Shown: in pieces, positions 1-9,397 of the stretch | Numbering within the stretch: position 1 is the stretch's first letter | Layout: each line of letters begins with the position of its first letter | NCBI GenBank assembly: GCA_026387115.1 | Contig: JAPLMI010000128.1 | Coordinates: 1 to 36,399, forward strand | Origin: Candidatus Omnitrophota bacterium | GTDB lineage: Bacteria > Omnitrophota > Gorgyraeia > 2-01-FULL-45-10 | Reading direction: 5' to 3' | Length of the DNA: 36,399 bases | Translations under genes and position numbers: made by a program | Notes under the pieces: model-generated | Told to the model about the DNA's origin: nothing | Seen by the model: the letters and a program-made list of their open reading frames with translations, nothing else | The model's database searches: none

Positions 1-1
1 T

Positions 2-856
2 ATTGACGATGGTTCGGTCGACGACTCAGCGGGAATCGTCGAGCGAGAATTTCCTTCGGTCCGGCTTGTCAGGACGAAAAACCAGGGGCCCAGCAAGGCC
101 AGGAACCTCGGGACGAAGCTTTCGAGCGGCCGATTTCTGCAATATCTGGATGCCGATGATATGCTCCTGCCCGGAAAGTTGAAAGTTCAATCGGAGGCGC
201 TTAAACAATCGGGAGCCGACGTTGCTTACGGCAGTTGGCAGAAATTAATAGAAACAGCCGGCCATGTATTTATAAAAGGAGAAGAAATCAACCGGTCTTT
301 CAGTAATCCAGAAATAGAGCTATTCACAGGAGATTCCTGGTGCACGCTGGGCGCATATCTATTTAAACGTGAAATAGTAAAAAAAATCGGCGGATGGAAT
401 GAAAGGCTCCCGTATATACAGGATGCCAGATTTGCCCTGGATTGTGCTCTGCACGGAGCCCGGTTTGTGCGCTGTCCGGGACTGATGGCGTATTATCGCA
501 TACGACGATCGGATTCAATTTCTACTCGTAATCCCGTCGAACATACCAGGGATTGTTTCAGAAATGCTTTCGAAATAGAAGAATGGTGGCGAAGGCATGG
601 CGGCATAAACGAAGACCGCAAGGCGGCGTTATTGAAAGCTTACGGGTACGTGTCCAGAGCGGCTTTTAGAGATGACAAGGGCACCTTCAATTTGGTATAT
701 GGGCATATCAAAAGACTCGGCCCGCGCTATATCCCGGATGGGCCGTTATATTTCAAATTAACGTCCAGAATATTCGGCTACCGGACAGCGGAGAATTTTT
801 TATCGTGGTGCAGCCGGATAAAAAGTTTGTTCAAAAAAACACTGACGAATTCCTAA
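2..856 (+). CDS. Family-2 glycosyltransferase, 5'-truncated by the window edge
   Basis: The frame is open from nt 2. The translated leading part reads IDDGSVDDSAGIV...KNQGPSKARNLG...GRFLQYLDADDML, which are GT-A fold GT2 motifs (DDGS..D, ARN.G, LDADD). The ATG at 161 in the ORF track is internal to this frame. Confidence 0.85.
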   Translation: MDDGSVDDSAGIVEREFPSVRLVRTKNQGPSKARNLGTKLSSGRFLQYLDADDMLLPGKLKVQSEALKQSGADVAYGSWQKLIETAGHVFIKGEEINRSFSNPEIELFTGDSWCTLGAYLFKREIVKKIGGWNERLPYIQDARFALDCALHGARFVRCPGLMAYYRIRRSDSISTRNPVEHTRDCFRNAFEIEEWWRRHGGINEDRKAALLKAYGYVSRAAFRDDKGTFNLVYGHIKRLGPRYIPDGPLYFKLTSRIFGYRTAENFLSWCSRIKSLFKKTLTNS

Positions 857-869
857 ATATGAGTCCAAG

Positions 870-2348
870 ATGATAAGCGATAAAATCGTTATAATATACG
901 CGCAGGATTATCTTCCGGACAATGCCGCACCTAGCTATCCGCCGGAAGATCTGAACATACCGCTGGGGATACTATATCTGGGATCGCATTTAAACTCGAT
1001 CGGCAGAAGAGTAAAACTCATGGATACGCGTATACATAAAAAGGGCGATTTTTTCAAGGCCTTGCAAGATGAATTGGACGACTGTTTATTAGCCGGTTTT
1101 TCAGTTACCACACCCTGCGTAAAAAACGCGCTTGAGATCTCCGATTTTATAAAGAAACTCAAGCCTTCTGTAAAAACAGTATGGGGAGGCGTCCACGCAA
1201 GCCTGTATCCGGACGCTACAGCGAGCTCAGGGCTCGTAGATTACGTTATCGTCAAGGAGGGAGAGCTGCCCTTATCCGAACTCGCAAAATACCTTCTCGG
1301 GAATAAAAAAGAAATTACCGGCATACCAAACCTTGTTTTTAAAATAGACGGCAGCATTAAAAGGAACACTGTCCAGGATAACGGCAGGTTAGGTTTTATC
1401 GGGGTGGCGGATTACGCTCTTCTTGACATGGAGAAATATGTAGAAAAGATTATCGCGCCAAACCGCAGGAGAAGGCAAGTGGAGGTGCTTACAGCGCGAG
1501 GCTGCCCCTACAGGTGCGCCTTTTGCGTGAACACCATTCTTTATGACCGCAAGTGGAGAAGCGAACCGCCCGATCTTACATTGGAGAAATTGGACAGGCT
1601 GATCGGCGATTACAAGATCGACCACGTTTTTTTCATGGACGAAGATTTTTTCTGCAACCGCAATAGGACGAAAAGCCTTATCGCCGATATAGGCAAGAGA
1701 AAAATAACCTGGGAGGCGAACTGCCGCGCGGATTATATAAAGGATGATTATCTCGATGATAATCTACTGGACTCGCTCAAGAAGAGCGGGTGCGTAAAAT
1801 TAAGGTTCGGATTGGAGAGCGGAAGCCAGCGCGTATTGGATTTATTGAAGAAAGATATCACGGTGGAAGATTCGTTGAATATGGCTAAAAGATTGAGCCG
1901 ATACGGCATTGTGCCAGCCGCGTCTTTTATGATGGGGCTCCCGGATGAGACGGCCGGCGATGTAATAAAGACAACGGATTTGATATCAAGGCTTTCGGCG
2001 GTAAATCCGGACATAATGATTTCAGGGCCGGCGATATTCAGGCCCTACCCCGGAAGCGAACTATTCAGAAGATGCGAAGAGAAAGGCCTTGTCGCGCCAA
2101 AGACTTTAGATGAATGGAGCGATTTTTATATGCATAACAATTTTGACGAGTATCATAATGGGGTTCCGTGGTTTGACGACGTTTATATATTTAAAAGAGT
2201 ATGGCTCTGCCTCGCGCATCTCAGGATCGGCGCGGGAAACAAGCTCTTCAGATGGCTGGCCAGGCTTATTGTCCGGTTTCATCTCGCCACCAAGCTGAAA
2301 TTTGTCGAATCAGAATACTTGTTGCATAAGTTTATAAAAAATATATGA
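870..2348 (+). CDS. B12-binding-domain radical SAM enzyme (class B type)
   Basis: It carries the CxxxCxxC cluster motif (TARGCPYRCAFCVN) about 200 aa in. This is preceded by a Rossmann-like cobalamin-binding-type N-terminal domain (GFSVTTP...VWGGVHAS) and followed by the downstream ESGSQRVL radical-SAM core motif. Confidence 0.85.
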   Translation: MISDKIVIIYAQDYLPDNAAPSYPPEDLNIPLGILYLGSHLNSIGRRVKLMDTRIHKKGDFFKALQDELDDCLLAGFSVTTPCVKNALEISDFIKKLKPSVKTVWGGVHASLYPDATASSGLVDYVIVKEGELPLSELAKYLLGNKKEITGIPNLVFKIDGSIKRNTVQDNGRLGFIGVADYALLDMEKYVEKIIAPNRRRRQVEVLTARGCPYRCAFCVNTILYDRKWRSEPPDLTLEKLDRLIGDYKIDHVFFMDEDFFCNRNRTKSLIADIGKRKITWEANCRADYIKDDYLDDNLLDSLKKSGCVKLRFGLESGSQRVLDLLKKDITVEDSLNMAKRLSRYGIVPAASFMMGLPDETAGDVIKTTDLISRLSAVNPDIMISGPAIFRPYPGSELFRRCEEKGLVAPKTLDEWSDFYMHNNFDEYHNGVPWFDDVYIFKRVWLCLAHLRIGAGNKLFRWLARLIVRFHLATKLKFVESEYLLHKFIKNI

Positions 2349-3682
2349 AGATCATCCATATCCCGTATTGTTTTTACCCTGATCCGGTCGGGGGCACGGA
2401 AGTTTATGTAAAAAATCTTTGCAACAGCTTAAATAAATTCGGGATTGAATCTATTGTAGCCGCTCCGACAGAAGGCAAAGACAATGTCTGTTTTCACGAG
2501 GGCATCAAAGTAAGGCGGTTTAGCATTTCAAAACATATAGAAGATCTCGCGGATCTTTACGGCGGAAGCGATCCGGTATCTTTAAAAGCATTCGGCAGAA
2601 TACTGGACGAAGAAAAGCCGGATTTAGCGCATTTCCACGCGCTCACTTACGCTGTTTCATTGGGCCTTATGCGCGAATCCAGATCAAGGGGCATTCCCGT
2701 TATATTTACGTATCACACGCCTACGGTATCATGCCAGTCCGGCCTTTTGATGATATGGAAAAACCAGGTCTGTAAAGGTTTCCTTAACACGCGAATATGC
2801 ACCGCATGCACGCTTTACAGATTTAATGTTCCGAGAGGCGTGTCGGATATGTTAGCAAGAGCCCCCTTCTTATTAGGCAGTTTGATCAAAAAACTGCGTC
2901 TTTCCGGAAAAGTTTTCACGGCCTTAAGAATGAGATGCCTTATAGAAAAACGCATAGCGATGATAAGAGATTTTATTAGAGAAGCGGATCGCTTTATTGT
3001 TCTATGCGGCTGGACAAAAGAGCTGCTGCTACGAAATATGGCGCCTCTTGACAAGATATCTTTTGTGCGTCACGGTATAACGCAAACCGAATTTTCGAAA
3101 ACGGAGGATATCGTTAATAATGTATCCGCCGATCTCACACCTCTCAAAATAGCGTATTTAGGGAGAATTGACTGGACGAAAGGCATAAACATTGTTATGA
3201 AAGCTTTAAAAGAGATCCCGGGCGAGGCCGTAGAATTCGATATTTACGGCGTAGTGCAGGATCGCGGCGGTAAAAAATATTTTGAAAAACTAAAAAAGTT
3301 CGCGAAAAAAAACGATAACCGTGTAAAGTTTATGCCACCTGTGCCAAGCGTTGAAGTTGTGCCATTATTAAAGAAATACCACTACCTCGTAGTCCCGTCC
3401 ATATGGATGGAGACAGGGCCGCTGGTGGTCCTGGAGGCATTCGCTTCAGGTACGCCCGTAATCGGGTCTGACCTCGGCGGGATTAAAGAACTTGTTCAGG
3501 ATGATAAGAACGGAATATTGGTTTCTATCGGGTCGACGCGTAAATGGTCTACCGTGTTAAAAAAAGTTTCGCGTGACAGAGAACTGTTAAAGAAATTACG
3601 CCAAGGTATCTCGCCCCCCAGAACGATGCTGGATGTGGCGAGGGAAACCGTGCCCATTTATAACAGTTTGATATCGCGATAA
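2345..3682 (+). CDS. GT4-family (GT-B fold) glycosyltransferase
   Basis: The N-terminus has GGTEVYVKNL. The C-terminus has an E-x7-E-type motif (METGPLVVLEAFASGTPVIGSDLGGIKELVQDDKNG). The start shows an ATGA overlap with the upstream stop. Confidence 0.85.
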   Translation: MKIIHIPYCFYPDPVGGTEVYVKNLCNSLNKFGIESIVAAPTEGKDNVCFHEGIKVRRFSISKHIEDLADLYGGSDPVSLKAFGRILDEEKPDLAHFHALTYAVSLGLMRESRSRGIPVIFTYHTPTVSCQSGLLMIWKNQVCKGFLNTRICTACTLYRFNVPRGVSDMLARAPFLLGSLIKKLRLSGKVFTALRMRCLIEKRIAMIRDFIREADRFIVLCGWTKELLLRNMAPLDKISFVRHGITQTEFSKTEDIVNNVSADLTPLKIAYLGRIDWTKGINIVMKALKEIPGEAVEFDIYGVVQDRGGKKYFEKLKKFAKKNDNRVKFMPPVPSVEVVPLLKKYHYLVVPSIWMETGPLVVLEAFASGTPVIGSDLGGIKELVQDDKNGILVSIGSTRKWSTVLKKVSRDRELLKKLRQGISPPRTMLDVARETVPIYNSLISR

Positions 3683-3778
3683 CGAATATGATAAAAAAAG
3701 TATTACATGGCAGGGATATCCATCCGAGACGGTGGTTAAACGGGATATTCGCTTACTCCAGGCTGGCAGCCGCGTTTA

Positions 3779-4489
3779 TTGTCAGCGCCTATAGGGAGGA
3801 AACTGCTTGTATTATCTCCGCATCCGGACGATGAGAGCATCGGCGCCGGAGGATTATTATGGGCCCATCGCGATATTTCGGAGATTCATTTTGTCGTGAT
3901 GACAAAAGGCGAAAAAGGCGGCGCGCTGCGCGAAGACTGCCAGGACCCGGAGTTTTTTAAAGCCAGAATGGCCGAGGCCAGAAAAAACGAGTTCTCTAAA
4001 ACAGCCTCCATGCTTAACGTAAAATCATGCCATTATCTTGATTTTGAGGAGGAAAAAATCTTATGCGATTCCAAAACAGCGGATAAACTGAGATTGATCA
4101 TTAATGCCATTAAACCGGATGTATTACTTATCCCATGGTTCCTGGATGACCGAATCGACCACCGGGATACAAATATCCTTTACCAAAAGGCCTGTTCGGA
4201 TCTTGAAGCTATGGTGCTTAGCTATGAGGTCTGGTCTATGCTGGAACCCAACGCGGTATTTGATATATCCGAACATTTAGAAGGTAAGTTATCGCTTATC
4301 CGCAATTATGAAACGCAGCTTCGCACGGTCGATTATATAAGTTATGTAGAAGGGCTTTCGAAGGTCCGCGCTTTTCAGTATCAGGTAAATCCGCATAGAA
4401 ACGGCGCAGTAGAGGCTTACCTCGCCCTGCCAAACCGCGAATATTGTGAGTTGGTGCACAACCTTTATCCTGACGATGCGCCTCTTTGA
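3779..4489 (+). CDS. PIG-L / LmbE-family N-deacetylase
   Basis: It has the family signature LVLSPHPDDESIGAGG near the N-terminus and a downstream HxDH-type segment (DDRIDHRD). The only in-frame start is TTG at 3779, with no good RBS (see findings). Confidence 0.8.
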   Translation: MSAPIGRKLLVLSPHPDDESIGAGGLLWAHRDISEIHFVVMTKGEKGGALREDCQDPEFFKARMAEARKNEFSKTASMLNVKSCHYLDFEEEKILCDSKTADKLRLIINAIKPDVLLIPWFLDDRIDHRDTNILYQKACSDLEAMVLSYEVWSMLEPNAVFDISEHLEGKLSLIRNYETQLRTVDYISYVEGLSKVRAFQYQVNPHRNGAVEAYLALPNREYCELVHNLYPDDAPL

Positions 4490-4527
4490 AAAAATCCGCA
4501 TATCCATTAAAAAATTAGCGCATTACA

Positions 4528-5688
4528 TTGAAAAATAATATGCGCCACAGGATTCTTTACATACAATATACAAATCCCGCATGTTACCCGGCTCTCGAGC
4601 ACAGCTCTCAAATCCTTGCTAAAAATGCCTGGAAGGTTTTATTCCTGGGGACAGGGTGCTTCGGCGGCGCGGATATTTTTGATTTTCCCGATAATCCTAA
4701 CATCGAAATGCGAAGGCTAAGATTTTGCATTGGCGGTTGGAAGCAAAAATTTCATTACATATGGTTTTCGTTGTGGGCCATTTGGCATTGCCTGTGGTGG
4801 CGGCCTCGCTGGATATATGCCTCAGAACCGCTATCGTGTCCCATTGCTTTGATGCTGAGTTATCTTTCCCGGATTAAAATTATTTATCATGAACATGACT
4901 CGCCGGATTTACAACAAAATGTCTCAGGTTTTACCAAATATGTTTTAAAGGCACGCAAAGACCTTGCCTTAAAGAGCGAATTATGCGTATTGCCGAATGA
5001 AGAACGTATGAAAAAGTTTATTCAGGAAACGGGTAGGGCCGGCGACACTTTTTGTATCTGGAACTGTCCGCGCCTGGAAGAGACAACACCCCAAAGGAAA
5101 TTACCGAGGAACAGAGAATTAACGCTTTATTATCACGGCACCATCAGCCGCGACCATCTTCCGTTTGGTATATTAAAGGCAGTGTCGAAGCTGCCATCCG
5201 AAATAATTCTAAAAATAATCGGTTATGAGACAGTCGGCTCATCGGGATATGTAAGTGAACTAAAGAAAGAAGCGAATCGTTTAGGGATTGCAGAACGAAT
5301 AGAAATTATCAATCCGATGTCCAGATATCAAATTTTGGAATATTGCTCTAACGGTGATATCGGTTTAGCTTTTATCCCAATGAAGAGTCAGGACACTAAT
5401 AATATTAACAAAACTGGAGCTTCAGTTAAAGCTTTTGATTATATGGCCCTCGGGCTGGCCTTACTGGTATCCGATTTGCCGGATTGGCGAAAAATGTATG
5501 TTGAGCCGAGGTACGGCCTTGCCTGCAATCCGGAAGACCCGGAGGACATCGTGCGCGTCCTTCGCTGGTTTTTGGAACATCCGGAAGAGACGCGCGAAAT
5601 GGGTGAGCGCGGCAGGCAGAAGATTCTCTCCGAATGGAATTACGAAAGGCAGTTCGAGCCGGTTTCGAATATCATAAATAGATCATAA
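4528..5688 (+). CDS. Putative GT-B fold glycosyltransferase (GT4-like)
   Basis: Length and a C-terminal nucleotide-sugar-binding-like segment (GASVKAFDYMALGLALLVSDLPDW) support the call, as does its position in the glycosyltransferase operon. The start is TTG at 4528 or ATG at 4540 (MRHRILYIQ). Confidence 0.55.
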   Translation: MKNNMRHRILYIQYTNPACYPALEHSSQILAKNAWKVLFLGTGCFGGADIFDFPDNPNIEMRRLRFCIGGWKQKFHYIWFSLWAIWHCLWWRPRWIYASEPLSCPIALMLSYLSRIKIIYHEHDSPDLQQNVSGFTKYVLKARKDLALKSELCVLPNEERMKKFIQETGRAGDTFCIWNCPRLEETTPQRKLPRNRELTLYYHGTISRDHLPFGILKAVSKLPSEIILKIIGYETVGSSGYVSELKKEANRLGIAERIEIINPMSRYQILEYCSNGDIGLAFIPMKSQDTNNINKTGASVKAFDYMALGLALLVSDLPDWRKMYVEPRYGLACNPEDPEDIVRVLRWFLEHPEETREMGERGRQKILSEWNYERQFEPVSNIINRS

Positions 5689-5693
5689 AAACA

Positions 5694-6374
5694 ATGGCGC
5701 TAATTTATCATCAAAATTTTAAGGATGGATTAGTGGAAAAATATTCGAAGGTTTTGAAAAGACTGCCACGCGGAGATTCGGTATTGGAGATCGGATGCCA
5801 TACCGGTTATTTCAGTCGACTCATGTTAGATGGAGGGTATGATGTTTTGGGCATAGAGAGGGATCCCGAGGCTGCCGGTGTGGCTTGCGCCGACAATATA
5901 CCCGTAATATGCGGCGACATCGAGGATCCGGCGATAATATTATCCCTGAATAGAAAGTTTGACATGGTCCTATTCATGGATGTGCTTGAGCATCTCAATA
6001 ACCCGGCCGATGCGCTCAAGAGAACGAAATCAGTTTTAAATAAAAGCGGAAGGATTATTATTACGGGGCCCAATATCGCGTATTGGGCCGCGCGGAAGGA
6101 GCTCCTCCTCGGGAGAAAGAATCGCGATGATTGCGGCATGTTTGACAAAACCCATCTGCATTTTTATACAGCCTCTTCTTGGAGGTCTCTTGTGGAAGGC
6201 GCCGGATATATGATAAAGTTATTCGAGCCGGCAGAGGGGTTTATTCCATTTGAGCACATCTTTAAAAAAATCCCGTTAATCAGTTTTATTACCGGCTTTA
6301 TTCATGATGCGGCATTGAGATACATGCCCGGGCTTTTTGCCAGCGCCTATCTGATAGAGGCTGGTCCCGAATGA
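5694..6374 (+). CDS. Class I SAM-dependent methyltransferase
   Basis: It has SAM-binding motif I (VLEIGCHTGYF) and motifs II/III (VLFMDVLEHL). Confidence 0.8.
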   Translation: MALIYHQNFKDGLVEKYSKVLKRLPRGDSVLEIGCHTGYFSRLMLDGGYDVLGIERDPEAAGVACADNIPVICGDIEDPAIILSLNRKFDMVLFMDVLEHLNNPADALKRTKSVLNKSGRIIITGPNIAYWAARKELLLGRKNRDDCGMFDKTHLHFYTASSWRSLVEGAGYMIKLFEPAEGFIPFEHIFKKIPLISFITGFIHDAALRYMPGLFASAYLIEAGPE

Positions 6375-7330
6375 CGCCTAAAATATCGGTAGTTTTACCG
6401 GCCTTTAACGGAGAAAAATATCTGCGGGAATGCATCGATTCAACGCTCAATCAGAGATTGCGTGATTTTGAATTTGTCATAGGAGATGATTGTTCGAGCG
6501 ACACAACCGGCCAGATCATTAAGGATTTTACCGATGAAAGAATAAGATATTTCCGCAGAGAAAGGAACCTCGGCCTTTTCAAAAATCTGAATATGCTGGT
6601 AAGATCCGCGCGATCTCCTCTTATTCGCATCCTTTGTCAGGATGACCTGTTAGAGCCGGGCTGCCTGGAAGAAGAGGTTAAATTTTTCTCAAAGCATCCG
6701 GACATAGGCATGACCTATTGTAAAGCCTACATAATCGACCGGTATGAGAATAATGTCGGCGAATGCGCGTTAGGCGATCTTCCAGAAGTCGTTGGCTCGG
6801 AGTTAAGCATGCAGTGTTTTTTCTATCATGGCTGCATACCGGGAAATCTGTCTACTATCTGTGTCAGAAAAGAATGTTTTGATAAATATGGGTTATTCAA
6901 TGAAAACTATCAGATGGCGTCTGATTACGAAATGTGGACGAGGATTTGTGAGAGGGAAAATTTAGGCGTGATTCATAAACATTTGGTTAAATTGCGCTCC
7001 CATCCAAAGCAATTGAGTAAAGCCTATAGTTCCGGCATTGATTTCATTCGCGAAACCAGAAAAATACGCTCGAAACTTTTACCGTTATTGCCGGAAGAAA
7101 TTCGTTCCCATGTTAAAAGATATGTGACGCTTCGGCAAAATGTTCTGGATACGCATTATTGTCTGCGATGTCTAACGCGGGGCAGGTTCAAAGATTTTTT
7201 AAAGATTGCCTCGATAATGGGCGCAGCCGATTTTACACTGGGGGTAATATTTTGGCTATTGACTTTGAATAATCATATCTATCGCCCCAAGCCTGTATTT
7301 GCGGACCATAAGGTATCATCAGCCGGTTGA
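6371..7330 (+). CDS. Family-2 glycosyltransferase
   Basis: The N-terminus reads ISVVLPAFNGEKYLRECIDSTLNQ...FVIGDDCSSD, and a QDD (DxD-type) motif is present. The start shows an ATGA overlap with the upstream stop. Confidence 0.85.
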   Translation: MTPKISVVLPAFNGEKYLRECIDSTLNQRLRDFEFVIGDDCSSDTTGQIIKDFTDERIRYFRRERNLGLFKNLNMLVRSARSPLIRILCQDDLLEPGCLEEEVKFFSKHPDIGMTYCKAYIIDRYENNVGECALGDLPEVVGSELSMQCFFYHGCIPGNLSTICVRKECFDKYGLFNENYQMASDYEMWTRICERENLGVIHKHLVKLRSHPKQLSKAYSSGIDFIRETRKIRSKLLPLLPEEIRSHVKRYVTLRQNVLDTHYCLRCLTRGRFKDFLKIASIMGAADFTLGVIFWLLTLNNHIYRPKPVFADHKVSSAG

Positions 7331-7334
7331 AAAA

Positions 7335-8204
7335 ATGCTTAAGATCATTAAAAGGTTAAGGTATGCGCAGGTTAACTCAAAAGTGATTCGAAAGTTTTTA
7401 AGCCTTTACTATAAAGAAGAGAAGATTTGCAGAATTCCTTTTGGTCCGCTGCGCGGCCTGAAGATCCGTTACAATAAAGATATAACGTTTCACGCGATTC
7501 TCGGCTTATTGGATCTGGACACTTTCGAGGTTTTATTGAGAATAATGAAAACCTCGAGTCTTTTAGAGGATAGCGTATCGGTCTGTGACGTAGGGGCAAA
7601 TATAGGGATATATTCTTTATGGTTTTCCAGGTACCTTGATAGGAAGAGCAGGATATATGCGTTCGAACCGGCGCCGTACGCGGCGGAAAGATTGAAAGAT
7701 AATATTTTAATCAACGGCATAATCAATGTGGAAATTGTACAAGCAGCCTGTTCCGACAGTTCCGGCGAGACCGAATTCTTTATCGGATACAATCACTATG
7801 CTTCATCTCTTGACAAAAAAAGAGCTGCCGGGCTTGGGAGCGAGCCGGAGCGGATAAAAGTTAAGTCCACAACACTGGACGATTTCTTTTATGGGATCGA
7901 AAGCCGGGAAGCTCCTCAATTAATAAAAATAGATATTGAGGGCGGGGCGGTTTTTGCGCTCAAAGGATGCAATCGTTGCATTGAAGAGAAAAGGCCGCTT
8001 ATTTTAATAGAATCACATATGCCCGAAGAAGATCTTGCGATTAGCCGCGCCATACAGGAACATGACTATCAAGCCTTCAGGCTCACCAATCGGCAATGGG
8101 TGGAAAACATTAAAGATGCGTTTCCAAATCCGCGAGGAGTGTGGGGAACGCTTCTTTTGTGCCCGGCCGAAACTCGTAAAAACCTGGAAAGGGTATTTCC
8201 TTAA
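7335..8204 (+). CDS. FkbM-family methyltransferase
   Basis: It has the FkbM signature (VCDVGANIGIYSL...AFEP...IKIDIEGGA). ATG 7335 is chosen because the upstream extension to 7299 overlaps the preceding gene. Confidence 0.8.
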   Translation: MLKIIKRLRYAQVNSKVIRKFLSLYYKEEKICRIPFGPLRGLKIRYNKDITFHAILGLLDLDTFEVLLRIMKTSSLLEDSVSVCDVGANIGIYSLWFSRYLDRKSRIYAFEPAPYAAERLKDNILINGIINVEIVQAACSDSSGETEFFIGYNHYASSLDKKRAAGLGSEPERIKVKSTTLDDFFYGIESREAPQLIKIDIEGGAVFALKGCNRCIEEKRPLILIESHMPEEDLAISRAIQEHDYQAFRLTNRQWVENIKDAFPNPRGVWGTLLLCPAETRKNLERVFP

Positions 8205-8209
8205 TAAAG

Positions 8210-9397
8210 ATGTCTCTGACAGTTATTTCTACCCACCCGATTCAATATCAGGCGCCTATATATAGAGCGCTGCAGGCCGAATGCGGCATTCCCGTTAACG
8301 CGATCTACGGGTCAGACTTTAGTATTACAGGTTATCGGGACCGCGAATTCGGGACAGATTTTGCCTGGGATACGGATCTTTTATCAGGCTATGATTCAGT
8401 TTTTTTATCCAGAACTTCTTCGGGCGGAGCAAATGATCCAGAAAAAGTTACTTCGAGAGGCCTTGGGGAAACATTGCGGCAGTTGGCGCCGAAAGCTCTC
8501 CTCATCACGGGCTATAATACTCGATTTCATCGAGCCGCTCTTTATGAGGCGTGGAGGGGCGGATATCCGGTTATTTTTAGAGGCGAGACTACGGACCACG
8601 CCAAAGAAAGGAATTTTGCGCAAAGCTGGATTAGAGACCAAATATTGCGGCGGGTATATAAGGGATGTTCAAAGCTTTTATATGTCGGGCAGAATTCCTA
8701 TAAACATTTTAAGCGCCTCGGGTGCCCGGATGGAAAGCTCATTTTTTCGCCGTATTGTGTTGATAAGGGATTGTTTAATCTGGACGACGGCGCGCACATA
8801 AAAATTCGTTCGGAAATGAGAAGGGCCTTTAATGTCTCGGAGGATCAGCTTATACTGCTCTTCTCCGGCAAGCTCAGCCATAGAAAAGGGCCCGACCTTC
8901 TTCTTGAGGCGGTAAAAAAACTGCCGCCCGAAACGCACGGGCGTATCTTAACACTGTTCCTTGGCGATGGAGAAATGAGAGCCTGTCTTGAAAAAATAGC
9001 AAAAAACAAGCCTGCCACAAAAGCCATTTTTGTCGGCTTTAAAAACCAGACGGAGATCGGCGCGTATTATCACGCGGCCGATTTACTTATACTACCGAGC
9101 AGGCATTCGGAGACATGGGGGCTTGTGGTAAATGAGGCATTGCATCATGGATTACCCTGCGTAGTTTCCGAAGCGGTAGGCTCCGTACCGGACCTGATAG
9201 AACCGAATGTTACCGGACTAATTTTTAAGAACGGTTCGGTTTCAGATCTTACAGCGGCCATCGAAAACGGTCTTAAACTGACAATCGATCCGAAGACCCG
9301 GCAAAGGTGCATGACAAAAATAGGCGATTATACGGTAAATAAAGCGGCGGAAGGAATAGCCAAGGCTTACAATTTGATAAAGAGTAAGTATTCATGA
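8210..9397 (+). CDS. GT4-family glycosyltransferase
   Basis: It has a C-terminal GT-B motif (SETWGLVVNEALHHGLPCVVSEAVGSVPDLIEPNVTG) and the GKLSHRKGPDLLLEA segment. Confidence 0.85.
   Translation: MSLTVISTHPIQYQAPIYRALQAECGIPVNAIYGSDFSITGYRDREFGTDFAWDTDLLSGYDSVFLSRTSSGGANDPEKVTSRGLGETLRQLAPKALLITGYNTRFHRAALYEAWRGGYPVIFRGETTDHAKERNFAQSWIRDQILRRVYKGCSKLLYVGQNSYKHFKRLGCPDGKLIFSPYCVDKGLFNLDDGAHIKIRSEMRRAFNVSEDQLILLFSGKLSHRKGPDLLLEAVKKLPPETHGRILTLFLGDGEMRACLEKIAKNKPATKAIFVGFKNQTEIGAYYHAADLLILPSRHSETWGLVVNEALHHGLPCVVSEAVGSVPDLIEPNVTGLIFKNGSVSDLTAAIENGLKLTIDPKTRQRCMTKIGDYTVNKAAEGIAKAYNLIKSKYS

Noticed and set aside
8361-8801. 146-aa plus-strand ORF in an alternative frame inside the GT4 gene 8210-9397
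   Set aside because: It is entirely nested in a motif-supported glycosyltransferase frame, and its product is Arg/Ile-rich with no recognisable features.
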